DNA of 64,000 nucleotides from Bdellovibrionales bacterium (lineage in GTDB: Bacteria; Bdellovibrionota; Bdellovibrionia; Bdellovibrionales; JAUICD01). The notes under the pieces are model-generated. The model was not told where the DNA came from and searched no databases. It worked only from the letters and a program-made list of their open reading frames with translations. Numbering within the stretch: position 1 is the first letter of the stretch; each line of letters opens with the position of its first letter. Where the stretch lies: NCBI GenBank assembly GCA_965262715.1, contig OZ253553.1:2816001-2880000 (forward strand), given 5' to 3'. Shown piece by piece: positions 42,940 through 54,136 of the stretch. A program made the translations under genes and the position numbers.

Positions 42940-43777
42940 TTTTTCCCCTCTCTTGATTGATTATATAATCAGGGTTGATTTCAATGCCAATAGGGATACG
43001 TTGCAAGCTGGATGTGACTTTAAATGTTGTGCCGCTTCCAGAGAAAGGATCTAAAACCACATCACCTTTATCGGTAAAAAGCTTGATAAAAAACTCTGGC
43101 AGCCATTCTGGAAAGGCAGCACTATGCCCTGTATTGTGGCAAACAGGTGGTTTATGTAAGACATTTGAAGGATAAACAGAGTCTTTACCCTCCCATGCAG
43201 AGATGCGACGGCCAATCTTTGATTGAGTTGCAGAATCCATGCGGCGTCTATCATTTTGGCTCATATTTTTTAAACGAGCATTTGTCCAATGACCAATAGG
43301 TATACGTACGGCATTCTGTCTCATTTTAAAATCTTTAGTCTTACTAAAATGAAGGAGTCTTTCCCATGAATCACGGAAGCGGTACTTCCACTTACCCGGT
43401 GCAGCTGTTGTTTTATGCCATATATACTCTTCTACCCATCTAAATCCAATTTGTCTTTTAAGTGCTAAAATCAATTCAATCACATAAGGATGCCTCTCTC
43501 CTTCTACAGCTTTTTCTTTGATATTTAACACAAAAGATCCAGAAGGTTTTAAGATGCGGTACATTTCTTTTGATCTTTGAATGAACCAATCTGAGTAATC
43601 ATCAGGAGAAATGCCTCCATAAGTGTGTCTGCGAGCATCCGCATAAGGAGGTGATGTCACAATAAGGTCAATAGAGTTCTCTGACATTTTACGCATAATA
43701 TCAAGACAGTCACCGTTATGGATCTTATTTTGCCATTTTATAGGCTCATTATATATGTTAATAGTTTTTTGAGTCAT
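42914..43777 (-). CDS. N4-C/N6-A DNA methyltransferase, beta class
   Basis: TSPPY before DPFSGSGTT. Confidence 0.92.
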   Translation of the reverse strand: MTQKTINIYNEPIKWQNKIHNGDCLDIMRKMSENSIDLIVTSPPYADARRHTYGGISPDDYSDWFIQRSKEMYRILKPSGSFVLNIKEKAVEGERHPYVIELILALKRQIGFRWVEEYIWHKTTAAPGKWKYRFRDSWERLLHFSKTKDFKMRQNAVRIPIGHWTNARLKNMSQNDRRRMDSATQSKIGRRISAWEGKDSVYPSNVLHKPPVCHNTGHSAAFPEWLPEFFIKLFTDKGDVVLDPFSGSGTTFKVTSSLQRIPIGIEINPDYIINQERGKNEQLTMDL

Positions 43778-44036
43778 GTTATTGCCTTTTGAGGGAAAAT
43801 GTATTTACATTGTTTTTTTGGTTTATATAAGGTTTATTTTATTTATCATAAATGATGCCATGCATTGTCAATGAGATACAAATGTAAAAGCTATTTTGAA
43901 ACGACTTAAGGCATTTAGCTTATTATATTGCAGAATGGTTTTATTGCACAAAGCACTTGTAGGCTAATGCAAATATGTAGATAAGTACAAAAACTTACTT
44001 TGCAAAGGCTCCTAAAAACAGTTTAAGGAATATATT

Positions 44037-44567
44037 ATGATTCTTTCTGACCAAACTATAAAAAAAATGATTGAAAATAAGGAGCTTATTGCTGAACCTC
44101 TTTGTAAAGAGTCTTTGCAGTCGGCGTCTTTAGATTGCCGTTTAGGAAATCACTTTCTAAAGTTTAAAAAAAATCAATCAGTCATTGATTTATCAGACAA
44201 ATGTGAATATGAAGAGATACAAGCACGGTCAATAATTATAGACCCTCACTCCTTTTTACTAGCTACAACAATGGAATACATTGGGTTACCTGATTACATC
44301 ACATCATTTGTAGAAGGTAGAAGCTCAGTAGGACGTATTGGGTTGTTTATTCAAAACGCTGGGTGGATTGACCCTGGATTTAAGGGTCATATTACTTTAG
44401 AGCTTTATAATGCAAATCATCTGCCTATAAAACTCACGGCAGGTCGACGTATCTGCCAGCTTGTTTTTTGTAAAATGGACCTGCGTTCTCAAGTTCCTTA
44501 TAAAGGAAAATATCAAGGACAAACCAGAGCCACAGGATCTAAAATCTTTGAAGATAAAGATATCTAA
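44037..44567 (+). CDS. dcd: dCTP deaminase
   Basis: MILSD, GRSSVGRIGL, IDPGFKGHITLEL, YKGKYQGQ. Confidence 0.95.
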   Translation: MILSDQTIKKMIENKELIAEPLCKESLQSASLDCRLGNHFLKFKKNQSVIDLSDKCEYEEIQARSIIIDPHSFLLATTMEYIGLPDYITSFVEGRSSVGRIGLFIQNAGWIDPGFKGHITLELYNANHLPIKLTAGRRICQLVFCKMDLRSQVPYKGKYQGQTRATGSKIFEDKDI

Positions 44568-44787
44568 AGCGCAACCAGAATACATAAACTTCTTTATAAG
44601 ATCAGGCAGTTTCAAATGAAATCAAAAATAAAAAACTCTTTTCTTTTAGGTTTTTTTTATCAAAATAATTCATTTCTGAAGTTCTTATTTTAGTAACACC
44701 TTAGATTCTTTAAACAAAGTTCTTCAAAGGTAAAGTACATGCGTATATGTTATATTCATAAAATTGAAAGATGCAAAAACAAACATT

Positions 44788-45141
44788 TTACCTTCCTACT
44801 CCAATTTTTTGATGAATAACACTAGCAGGAGCTCTAACAGGAGCTCTACTAGCAGGAGTTCTGTTTGAACTTATAACTTCTCTATAAGATAGAACTGCAG
44901 ATGTAGGTATAGTTATATGGACTTGCTGTCCTGTTGTAAATTGTTGATAAGCTTGAAGCAGCTTTGAACACTCAACATTTATGAGGCTTTGATCTGTCTG
45001 AATCTGATAGATTCCCTCATTATAAGACTTAATCTTTCCATGAATATCAACAGTAGCTTCACCAAAACTGTTGGTTAATGGAAAAGACAAAAGAAAAGAA
45101 AAAGATATAACACTTGTTATTTTTTCTAATTTTGATTTCAT
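44788..45141 (-). CDS. hypothetical secreted protein
   Basis: SD AAGGAG, signal peptide, RxPAS tail repeats. Confidence 0.6.
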   Translation of the reverse strand: MKSKLEKITSVISFSFLLSFPLTNSFGEATVDIHGKIKSYNEGIYQIQTDQSLINVECSKLLQAYQQFTTGQQVHITIPTSAVLSYREVISSNRTPASRAPVRAPASVIHQKIGVGR

Positions 45142-45460
45142 TATAATACTCCTTAAAAAATGGTTAATATTGCTACATAAATATTAATTAGAAACTACAT
45201 TATGTATACTTATAGAGATGATTTTATTAGCTATCGGCTGATTTCAGTAAAAGATGAATAAAAAATATTGAAATTTGAAGAATGGAAGAATTAAATTTGA
45301 ATTTTTTAAAAATTATATATCTATATAACACAAGAAAGTAAAACCCCAATAAATAAATCAATATGTGGATTATCTATATATACTAAGTTGATGATAAAAT
45401 CAAGTACATCGTTGAAATAAAATTCTTTTTTTTGATAACTCCTTATTATAAGGTGAGAAC

Positions 45461-47521
45461 TTAGCCAGATGTAGCAAGAGCAAGTCGTCCATCTTTCTTT
45501 GAAAGCTCTGACTTTAGTGTTCTATGTTGAGATAGATGAGGATCTTTTTGAAAAAGCTCATGAGCCGCTCTATGCGCTTGCAGGAGAATGTCTTTATCTC
45601 TTATAACATTTGCCATTTTAAAACCATCAATCCCAGATTGACGTGTTCCTAAAACATCACCAGGCCCTCTAAGTTCTAGATCTTTATCAGCTATTTGAAA
45701 TCCATCATTTGTTTGTTCTAAAATACGAATGCGCTGCATGCTCTCTCTGGATACTCTTTGTCCTAACATCAAGATACAGTAACTCTTATAAAGTCCTCTG
45801 CCTACTCTTCCTCTTAATTGATGAAGTTGAGACAATCCGAAACACTCTGCATGTTCTATTAAGATCAAGTTGACATTAGAAACATCCATACCTACCTCTA
45901 TCACTGTTGTAGAAACTAGAGCTTGAATCTCAGCTTTTTTAAAAGCATTCATAATAGCCTCTTTTTCTGGAGGCTTTAACTTTCCATGTATAAGTCCTAA
46001 GGAAAACTCTTGAAACTCTTTTTTCAAATTTTCAAACTCTGAGACAGCATCTTTTAAGAAATCTCTTTTTTCACTTTCTTCAACTAGAGGATAAACAATA
46101 TACACTTGACGACCTTGATTTAACTGTTGCCTGATGAACTCCATAACTTTTCTTCTTTGATGTTCCTTTACCATTCTAGTTACAATAGGCGTCCTCCCAG
46201 AAGGCATTTGATCTATAATAGACACATCTAAATCTCCATAGAGTGTTAGTGAAAGTGATCTGGGAATAGGCGTGGCTGTCATAACCAACAGATGTGAGCC
46301 TTTAACTTTTAATTGTCTTCTCTGATGGACACCAAATCGATGTTGTTCATCGATAATAGATAAAGCTAAGTTTTTAAACTTTACATCTTCTTGTATCAAA
46401 GCATGGGTACCAATACACAATTGAACTTCTGACTTTTGTATTTGTAATAATTTCTCTGTTCTTTCTGATTTTTTGATTTGTCCTGTCAGCAATGTAATAG
46501 GAATGCCAAGTTGAGAAAATAATTTTTTTGCATTTTGGTAATGTTGTTCTGCTAAAACCTCTGTTGGTACCATAAAAGCAACTTGGTATCCATTAATAAT
46601 GGCATGAAGCGCAGCTAGGAAAGCCACTACTGTTTTGCCGCATCCTACATCTCCTTGGATTAACCGGTGCATAGGTCTTGCAAGTTTTAAATCTTGTTGA
46701 ATATCTTCAAGAACACGCACTTGAGCTGAAGTCAAAGACAAGCTTAATATATTAAGCGCTTTTTCTTGGAAGCTTTGGCTATCTTTATCCATAGCAAAAG
46801 ATCTTGTTTGTGGACTTAAGGATTTTCTAGCAAGAGCTGTCAGTTGCATCCAAAAGAATTCTTCAAATTTAATTCTTCTTTGAGCTTGAGATTTTCCTGA
46901 ATGGAGAGCATCGATCATATCACTTTTAGGTTGATGGAGATGTTGCAAAGCTGTTTCTTTTGGAATGAGTTGGTATTCTTGTCTTAACCATTCTGGGAGG
47001 AAATCTTGGACTTTTCCCTGTATAGCTTTTAAGGCTGTTTTTATAATACGTAATAACTTCTTATGACTAATAGGATCCATATCTGGGTAAAGAGGGACAA
47101 TTTGATCAAAGTTTTCTTCTTCTGTATAGTCGAGGATATCAGGATGACGAAATTCCTTTTTATCTTGATAAAGGCTTACCCGTCCCTCAACACGCACTTT
47201 CATATCTGGCTTAAATCTATCAAAGTATCCTCTGTAAGGTTGTTTAAAGTATTTGCAGCTAATATATCCAAAGTCGTCTCTTAAAATCACATCCCATATT
47301 CTAGAACGTCTATAGAAATTAACAGACACTACATAAGCCACAAGGCTTACATCTTCCCCTTCCCTTACATCTCTAATGGACTGATAGGCTCTATAATCTC
47401 GATAGCCTCTAGGATAGGTTTGCAAAAGATCTTCTACAGTTTTAATACCTTTTCTTTCTAATACCTTAGCTAGCTGAGGCCCAACACCTTTTAAATACTG
47501 TACAGAAGTTGAAAGTTCCAT
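45461..47521 (-). CDS. recG: ATP-dependent DNA helicase RecG
   Basis: QGDVGCGKT, DEQHRFG, TATPIPR, QLRGRVGRG. Confidence 0.97.
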   Translation of the reverse strand: MELSTSVQYLKGVGPQLAKVLERKGIKTVEDLLQTYPRGYRDYRAYQSIRDVREGEDVSLVAYVVSVNFYRRSRIWDVILRDDFGYISCKYFKQPYRGYFDRFKPDMKVRVEGRVSLYQDKKEFRHPDILDYTEEENFDQIVPLYPDMDPISHKKLLRIIKTALKAIQGKVQDFLPEWLRQEYQLIPKETALQHLHQPKSDMIDALHSGKSQAQRRIKFEEFFWMQLTALARKSLSPQTRSFAMDKDSQSFQEKALNILSLSLTSAQVRVLEDIQQDLKLARPMHRLIQGDVGCGKTVVAFLAALHAIINGYQVAFMVPTEVLAEQHYQNAKKLFSQLGIPITLLTGQIKKSERTEKLLQIQKSEVQLCIGTHALIQEDVKFKNLALSIIDEQHRFGVHQRRQLKVKGSHLLVMTATPIPRSLSLTLYGDLDVSIIDQMPSGRTPIVTRMVKEHQRRKVMEFIRQQLNQGRQVYIVYPLVEESEKRDFLKDAVSEFENLKKEFQEFSLGLIHGKLKPPEKEAIMNAFKKAEIQALVSTTVIEVGMDVSNVNLILIEHAECFGLSQLHQLRGRVGRGLYKSYCILMLGQRVSRESMQRIRILEQTNDGFQIADKDLELRGPGDVLGTRQSGIDGFKMANVIRDKDILLQAHRAAHELFQKDPHLSQHRTLKSELSKKDGRLALATSG

Positions 47522-47714
47522 GTTGTTTCACTAAAAATGAACCAGCCTCTCAAGGCGAGCCTCTCAAGGCGAACCTCTCGAGGCGAGCCTCTGGCTGTTT
47601 TGGGACAGTCAGCTTGACGGTTTACACCGTCAATAAAATGCTGACTGTCTCAAAAATCCGTTCATTTTTAGTAAGGAGACTCCTTTCATTTTTTTACACA
47701 ATGTTAAGGAAATC
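47522..47714 (-). repeat. structured element, copy F, abutting the recG start codon
   Basis: TGACGGT-GTAA-ACCGTCA; side hairpin expanded by a triplicated 14-bp unit. Confidence 0.9.
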
Positions 47715-47779
47715 GTTTTATTTCCCTACCTTATTCTTATTTCCTCTCTTAACAAATTACCTAAATCTTTACTGTTTCC

Positions 47780-47860
47780 CTAGAAAGCTTGAGGCTCGCC
47801 TCGAGAGGCATTTTTAGGAGGGAGATTCTTTTCATTTTTTAACATAATGTTAAGGAAATC
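47780..47860 (-). repeat. partial hybrid element, copy G
   Basis: Minus-strand 5' leader joined at TTTTTAG to a plus-oriented side hairpin GAGGCTCGCCTCGAGAGGC. Confidence 0.7.
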
Positions 47861-48127
47861 GTTCACTGCCTCACCTTCTATACTCTCTCTTATTAACAAA
47901 TCATCTCAAATCGTAACTCTAAAGATTTTTTCCCCGTCTTTTCTAAAAAAACAACATATCTTCCTAGCTTTCTTTTTTTTATTTTTTTGATGATAAGTGT
48001 TTTATTAACCTTCTACTTCAAGACTTAAGTAAAGTAAATACATTTGCCCATTCGTGTCTGAAACAAAAGAGATTTATTATGATAATATAACCTAAGTAAT
48101 AGTATTTTAATAAGACAGGCAAAAAGA

Positions 48128-50479
48128 ATGGTCATGAAACTTCCCCAATTTATTATTTTTACACTAGCTATCATATTGCTTAATCTTTTTAATGCAAGCC
48201 ATTTTGATGGTGACGGTTTAAAGTCAGGGCTCTATCAAGAGGTATTTGCACAGATCCCAAGCAAAGGTCCTATTATTCCACCACCCCCTTCTCCTAATAA
48301 GGCTTTTACCTCTAATGAATCACCTTCTTCTACAACGAGTGAAACAATGAATAAACAAGATTTTGCTAACGCTTATCCTGAAGATATCACCAATGAGAAC
48401 TTTCCTGACCTTGTAGAAAGCTTTGATTTTAAAAATGCGCATATAAAGGTCGTCACTGAGGCTATTTCAAAACTAACGGGAAGAAACTTTATCATAGATT
48501 CAGCAGTTAATGGAACAATCACCATTATTGCGCCTTCTAGTATCACAGTTGCAGAAGCTTATAAGGCTTTCTTATCAGCACTTGCCATCAATAACCTAAC
48601 AGTAGTTCCTGCAGGCAAATTTTTGAAAGTCACAACTCTTATTAAGGCAAAAGGAAGTAGTGAGGTTTTTTCAGGCACTTATACACCTGATACAGACCAA
48701 ATGATCACTCGTATCATTCAACTAAAGCATTCAAATGTCGCGCAAGTTAGTCAGTTCATCAATAAAGCTGTTTCACCACAGGGTAATCTTCAAAGTTATG
48801 AGCCCACCAACACACTTGTGATCACAGATTTTGGTTCTAAAATTAACAACTTCATGAAAATCATTAGACAAATTGACGAATCTAGTGTAAATGAACAAAT
48901 GGCTGTTATGCCCATTCGATTTGCAAAAGCCAAAGACATTGCTGAGTTATTAGAAAAAATCATTAATAAAGGGCAACCACCACCTAGAGGTGGTCGACCT
49001 AATATTCCTCGATTTAGACAAAAAAAAGGTCGTACAGCTCAGAAAAAAGGTTCTGCCTTTTCACTTGTGCTGCCTGATGAAAGAACAAACTCTATTATTG
49101 TTTTAGCAAATCAACAAGGTATTGCAGAGGTGCGTAGGTTAATTAAACAACTTGATTTTGACATCAATCCAGAAGATGCAGGAGGACTTTATGTCTACTA
49201 TGTCAAACATGCTAAAGCAGAAGATATTGCAAATACAATCAATGGCATTGCTCAGCAATCTAAAAAAGATGCAAAGAGTCGACCTATAATCCCAAGTAAG
49301 ACAAATAGACCTTCTAGTACCCCATCAGGTTCGGTTGGATTCTTAGGAGAAGAAGTCAAAATCACATTTGATGAGCAGACGAATAGCTTGATCATTGCAG
49401 CAAGTCGTCAGGATTATGAGATTGTTTTAAATCTTTTATCTAAAATTGACATCCCTAGAGACCAGGTTTTTGTAGAAGCCATTATTCTTGAAATGAGAGT
49501 CACAGATGAACTTTCTTATGGGTTTAATCTTTTTCAGTTTGCACAAGGCTCAAAAGGACTAGGTAGAATAGGTTTTGGAAGCCCAGATCTTATGACAAAG
49601 ATTACAAATATTGGCACGCCAGGCTTGGTCTTAGGATTTGGAAGAGGAGAAGATGTGAGTATTAGAAATCCACTTGGTACTCCAGCAGAAATAAATGTTA
49701 AATCTATAATGGGATTCATAAATCTTCTTAAAACTGTAACTAAGGTAAATATTCTATCCACACCTCAAATTTTAGCTCTTGATAATGCAGAAGCAGAAAT
49801 TGAAGTAGGGGAAAGAGTTTCCATTGGGCAAAGCAATCAACTAAGTTCTCCAGGCAATCCAATATTACAGAATCCTACCTATGAAGATGCCACTATTAAG
49901 CTTGCCATCACTCCACAAATTAGCTCAGATAAGGAGACTGTGCGTTTAAATATTGATCAACAAATAAAAGAGGTTGTTACTGTTGTTGGTGCTCCTCCAA
50001 ATTTTACTACACGATCTTTAAAGTCTGATGTGGTTGTTCAAAATGGAGATACAATTGTGCTTGGAGGATTAATGAAAGATATAGAAAGGCCAATAATAAA
50101 TAAAGTTCCTATCTTAGGAGATATTCCTATACTGGGTTGGTTATTTAAAAGCAAATCACGTACGATTGATAAGCTGAACCTACTGATTTTTCTCACACCT
50201 CGCATTATACAAAACCGCACAGATGCGAGGGCTCTTTCTGATTTAAAGGTTAAAGAGAGATTGCAGTTTATTAAAGATACAGGAGGCGAAGATTTTCACG
50301 GTCGTAAGATAGAGGAGATCCGCATAGCTAATGCAAGAAACAATGTGGCTACAGAAGACTTGTCAGAAGAAGGCATAGAAGATTTACAAGAAGAAGAATT
50401 ACTAGAAGAAACAGAAAATTATGATGATGATGATAGTCTAGAAGAGGATATAGAAGATTTAGAGAACATAGAGTTATAA
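48128..50479 (+). CDS. gspD: type II secretion secretin GspD
   Basis: N0-N3 repeats, QVFVEAIILE, STPQILALDN, KVPILGDIPILGWLF. Confidence 0.95.
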   Translation: MVMKLPQFIIFTLAIILLNLFNASHFDGDGLKSGLYQEVFAQIPSKGPIIPPPPSPNKAFTSNESPSSTTSETMNKQDFANAYPEDITNENFPDLVESFDFKNAHIKVVTEAISKLTGRNFIIDSAVNGTITIIAPSSITVAEAYKAFLSALAINNLTVVPAGKFLKVTTLIKAKGSSEVFSGTYTPDTDQMITRIIQLKHSNVAQVSQFINKAVSPQGNLQSYEPTNTLVITDFGSKINNFMKIIRQIDESSVNEQMAVMPIRFAKAKDIAELLEKIINKGQPPPRGGRPNIPRFRQKKGRTAQKKGSAFSLVLPDERTNSIIVLANQQGIAEVRRLIKQLDFDINPEDAGGLYVYYVKHAKAEDIANTINGIAQQSKKDAKSRPIIPSKTNRPSSTPSGSVGFLGEEVKITFDEQTNSLIIAASRQDYEIVLNLLSKIDIPRDQVFVEAIILEMRVTDELSYGFNLFQFAQGSKGLGRIGFGSPDLMTKITNIGTPGLVLGFGRGEDVSIRNPLGTPAEINVKSIMGFINLLKTVTKVNILSTPQILALDNAEAEIEVGERVSIGQSNQLSSPGNPILQNPTYEDATIKLAITPQISSDKETVRLNIDQQIKEVVTVVGAPPNFTTRSLKSDVVVQNGDTIVLGGLMKDIERPIINKVPILGDIPILGWLFKSKSRTIDKLNLLIFLTPRIIQNRTDARALSDLKVKERLQFIKDTGGEDFHGRKIEEIRIANARNNVATEDLSEEGIEDLQEEELLEETENYDDDDSLEEDIEDLENIEL

Positions 50480-50497
50480 AGATTAAGGGTTTTAAAA

Positions 50498-52204
50498 ATG
50501 CCAAATGAAAATATGGAAAGCCTAATCTTTAGATATACAAAAATATCTCGCCCAGAAATTAAAGGGATTTTAGCTCATAACACCAAAAACGGTAAGAGTT
50601 TAGGCGAAATCCTTAGTGAAAGAAAAGAGGGAAAAAAAGATAAAGAAGAATCCATTGATGTTATTTTAGCAACGCTCTCTTATCATCTTAAGCTTGATTA
50701 TATAAAAGATATTCCTATCAATGATATACCTATAGATCTCATTAGAAACCTACCCTTAAAATATGCCACAGACAATGCTATTTTGCCGTACAAATCAGAT
50801 AATCGAGGCATCACCGTCTTGCTATCTAATCCTTTTAATTTAGATATCCTCAATGATCTTAAAGCTTTTTTTGGAAAGAAGATTATTCCAATATTATCTA
50901 CTTCTACTAAGATCCAAGATGCGATCAATAAAGTCTATGAAAAGGGTGCAGCTACTTTTGAGGGGCTTGATGAAATAGAAGAAGAAGAATATGACCTAGA
51001 GGAACCTATCATCGATCTTTTGGAATCTGGAGATGATGATGCTCCGGTGATCAGATTGGTTAATAACTTACTTTTCCGCGCTGTCAAAGAAAAGGCTTCA
51101 GATATTCATATTGAACCCTATGAAAGAGATATGGTTGTACGCTTTCGAATAGACGGTATTCTTTATGATATTTTTAAACCCCCTAAAAAGTTTCAAAATG
51201 CCATTACATCTCGTATCAAAGTGATGGGGCATCTGAATATTGCTGAAAAGAGACTCCCACAAGATGGTCGTATTCCTTTAAAGTTTGCTGGAAAAGACAT
51301 TGATGTGAGGCTGAACACTGTACCCACTGCGCACGGAGAACGCCTGGTGATGCGTTTGCAAGACCGTTCCAATGTGATACTTGAACTAGAACAACTAGGG
51401 TTTCCTAAAGACACTCTTGAAACACTTTCTGAACAGCTTTCTAAAACACACGGTATTGTTTTAGTGACAGGACCTACAGGAAGTGGAAAATCAACAACTC
51501 TCTATGCGGGGCTTATGAAAATCAACTCTGTTGAACGAAATATTATTACTGTAGAAGACCCTGTTGAAAATCGTATTCATGGTATAGGTCAGATCCAAGT
51601 GAACTCTAAGATTGGGTTAACTTTTGCTAATGGGTTAAGAGCTATTTTACGTCAAGATCCGGATGTGATCATGATCGGAGAAATTCGAGATTTTGAAACA
51701 GCTGAGATTGCGATCAATGCATCTCTAACAGGGCACTTAGTGTTATCAACACTACATACAAATGATGCAGCGGGTGCTGTTCCAAGGCTTATGGATATGG
51801 GTTGTGAGCCATTTTTGATCTCTAGCTCCTTACTTTGTATTATTGCGCAAAGGTTGGTCCGAATGCTTTGTCCTCACTGTAAGGTAAAGTACAAGCTTTC
51901 GCAAGAAGATATTGCTACTTTAGGTATCACACCTGATATTGTAGCTAGAAGTAATCCTTTTAAGGCTATAGGTTGCAATCAATGCAATCAAAAAGGGTAT
52001 GTAGGAAGAACTGTGATTTCAGAATGCTTAGTTGTCACAGATGAAATTCGTAAGTTGATCTTAAGAAGACAAGATGGTGGCACAGTCAAGAAGGCAGCTG
52101 TTAGAAATAAAATGAGAACCGTACACTTAGACGGCATTCGAAAAATCCTCACAGGAGTTACTACAATAGAAGAGCTTCTTTCTAATTCTCAAGCTGATGA
52201 CTAA
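50498..52204 (+). CDS. gspE: type II secretion ATPase GspE
   Basis: ASDIHIEP, GPTGSGKST, LRQDPD, LTGHLVLSTLH, Cys tetrad. Confidence 0.95.
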   Translation: MPNENMESLIFRYTKISRPEIKGILAHNTKNGKSLGEILSERKEGKKDKEESIDVILATLSYHLKLDYIKDIPINDIPIDLIRNLPLKYATDNAILPYKSDNRGITVLLSNPFNLDILNDLKAFFGKKIIPILSTSTKIQDAINKVYEKGAATFEGLDEIEEEEYDLEEPIIDLLESGDDDAPVIRLVNNLLFRAVKEKASDIHIEPYERDMVVRFRIDGILYDIFKPPKKFQNAITSRIKVMGHLNIAEKRLPQDGRIPLKFAGKDIDVRLNTVPTAHGERLVMRLQDRSNVILELEQLGFPKDTLETLSEQLSKTHGIVLVTGPTGSGKSTTLYAGLMKINSVERNIITVEDPVENRIHGIGQIQVNSKIGLTFANGLRAILRQDPDVIMIGEIRDFETAEIAINASLTGHLVLSTLHTNDAAGAVPRLMDMGCEPFLISSSLLCIIAQRLVRMLCPHCKVKYKLSQEDIATLGITPDIVARSNPFKAIGCNQCNQKGYVGRTVISECLVVTDEIRKLILRRQDGGTVKKAAVRNKMRTVHLDGIRKILTGVTTIEELLSNSQADD

Positions 52205-54136
52205 GTTAGGAAATACTTATGAGGTTGTATTTTACTTATAGCGGTGTTTATGCAGAATTTCCTTAACATTGTGTTAAAAGATAAAAGGAGTCTGTTTACT
52301 CAAAATGAACGGATTTTTGAGGCAGTCAGCATTTTCTTGAAGATGTAAATCTTCAGGCTGACTGTCCAAAAATGACCAGAGGTCAGTTTATTTTGAGTGA
52401 GACAACGAGCTTCTTTCTAATTCTCAAGCTGATGACTAAGTTAGGAAATACTTATGAGGTTGTATTTTACTTATAGCGGTGTTTATGCAGAATTTCCTTA
52501 ACATTGTGTTAAAAGATAAAAGGAGTCTGTTTACTCAAAATGAACGGATTTTTGAGGCAGTCAGCATTTTCTTGAAGATGTAAATCTTCAGGCTGACTGT
52601 CCAAAAATGACCAGAGGTCAGTTTATTTTGAGTGAGACAACGAGCTTCTTTCTAATTCTCAAGCTGATGACTAAGTTAGGAAATACTTATGAGGTTGTAT
52701 TTTACTTATAGCGGTGTTTATGCAGAATTTCCTTAACATTGTGTTAAAAGATAAAAGGAGTCTGTTTACTCAAAATGAACGGATTTTTGAGGCAGTCAGC
52801 ATTTTCTTGAAGATGTAAATCTTCAGGCTGACTGTCCAAAAATGACCAGAGGTCAGTTTATTTTGAGTGAGACAACGAGCTTCTTTCTAATTCTCAAGCT
52901 GATGACTAAGTTAGGAAATACTTATGAGGTTGTATTTTACTTATAGCGGTGTTTATGCAGAATTTCCTTAACATTGTGTTAAAAGATAAAAGGAGTCTGT
53001 TTACTCAAAATGAACGGATTTTTGAGGCAGTCAGCATTTTCTTGAAGATGTAAATCTTCAGGCTGACTGTCCAAAAATGACCAGAGGTCAGTTTATTTTG
53101 AGTGAGACAACGAGCTTCTTTCTAATTCTCAAGCTGATGACTAAGTTAGGAAATACTTATGAGGTTGTATTTTACTTATAGCGGTGTTTATGCAGAATTT
53201 CCTTAACATTGTGTTAAAAGATAAAAGGAGTCTGTTTACTCAAAATGAACGGATTTTTGAGGCAGTCAGCATTTTCTTGAAGATGTAAATCTTCAGGCTG
53301 ACTGTCCAAAAATGACCAGAGGTCAGTTTATTTTGAGTGAGACAACGAGCTTCTTTCTAATTCTCAAGCTGATGACTAAGTTAGGAAATACTTATGAGGT
53401 TGTATTTTACTTATAGCGGTGTTTATGCAGAATTTCCTTAACATTGTGTTAAAAGATAAAAGGAGTCTGTTTACTCAAAATGAACGGATTTTTGAGGCAG
53501 TCAGCATTTTCTTGAAGATGTAAATCTTCAGGCTGACTGTCCAAAAATGACCAGAGGTCAGTTTATTTTGAGTGAGACAACGAGCTTCTTTCTAATTCTC
53601 AAGCTGATGACTAAGTTAGGAAATACTTATGAGGTTGTATTTTACTTATAGCGGTGTTTATGCAGAATTTCCTTAACATTGTGTTAAAAGATAAAAGGAG
53701 TCTGTTTACTCAAAATGAACGGATTTTTGAGGCAGTCAGCATTTTCTTGAAGATGTAAATCTTCAGGCTGACTGTCCAAAAATGACCAGAGGTCAGTTTA
53801 TTTTGAGTGAGACAACGAGCTTCTTTCTAATTCTCAAGCTGATGACTAAGTTAGGAAATACTTATGAGGTTGTATTTTACTTATAGCGGTGTTTATGCAG
53901 AATTTCCTTAACATTGTGTTAAAAGATAAAAGGAGTCTGTTTACTCAAAATGAACGGATTTTTGAGGCAGTCAGCATTTTCTTGAAGATGTAAATCTTCA
54001 GGCTGACTGTCCAAAAATGACCAGAGGTCAGTTTATTTTGAGTGAGACAACGAGCTTCTTTCTAATTCTCAAGCTGATGACTAAGTTAGGAAATACTTAT
54101 GAGGTTGTATTTTACTTATAGCGGTGTTTATGCAGA
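52172..54136 (+). repeat. tandem array of 8 apparently identical 235-bp units (85 bp gspE 3' end and flank + 150-bp element) plus a ninth host segment
   Basis: Starts 52172, 52407, 52642, 52877, 53112, 53347, 53582, 53817, 54052. Confidence 0.97.

Noticed and set aside
47509..47817. 102-aa ORF, and similar ORFs at 4490-4684 and 27468-27686
   Set aside because: They run through the non-coding element or antisense to real genes
47838..47860. dif/XerD site in the element terminus (ATGTTAA)
   Set aside because: Only a short core match; no XerC arm at the right spacing
52172..54136. CRISPR array
   Set aside because: Units are 235 bp and identical, with no unique spacers; no cas genes in the window
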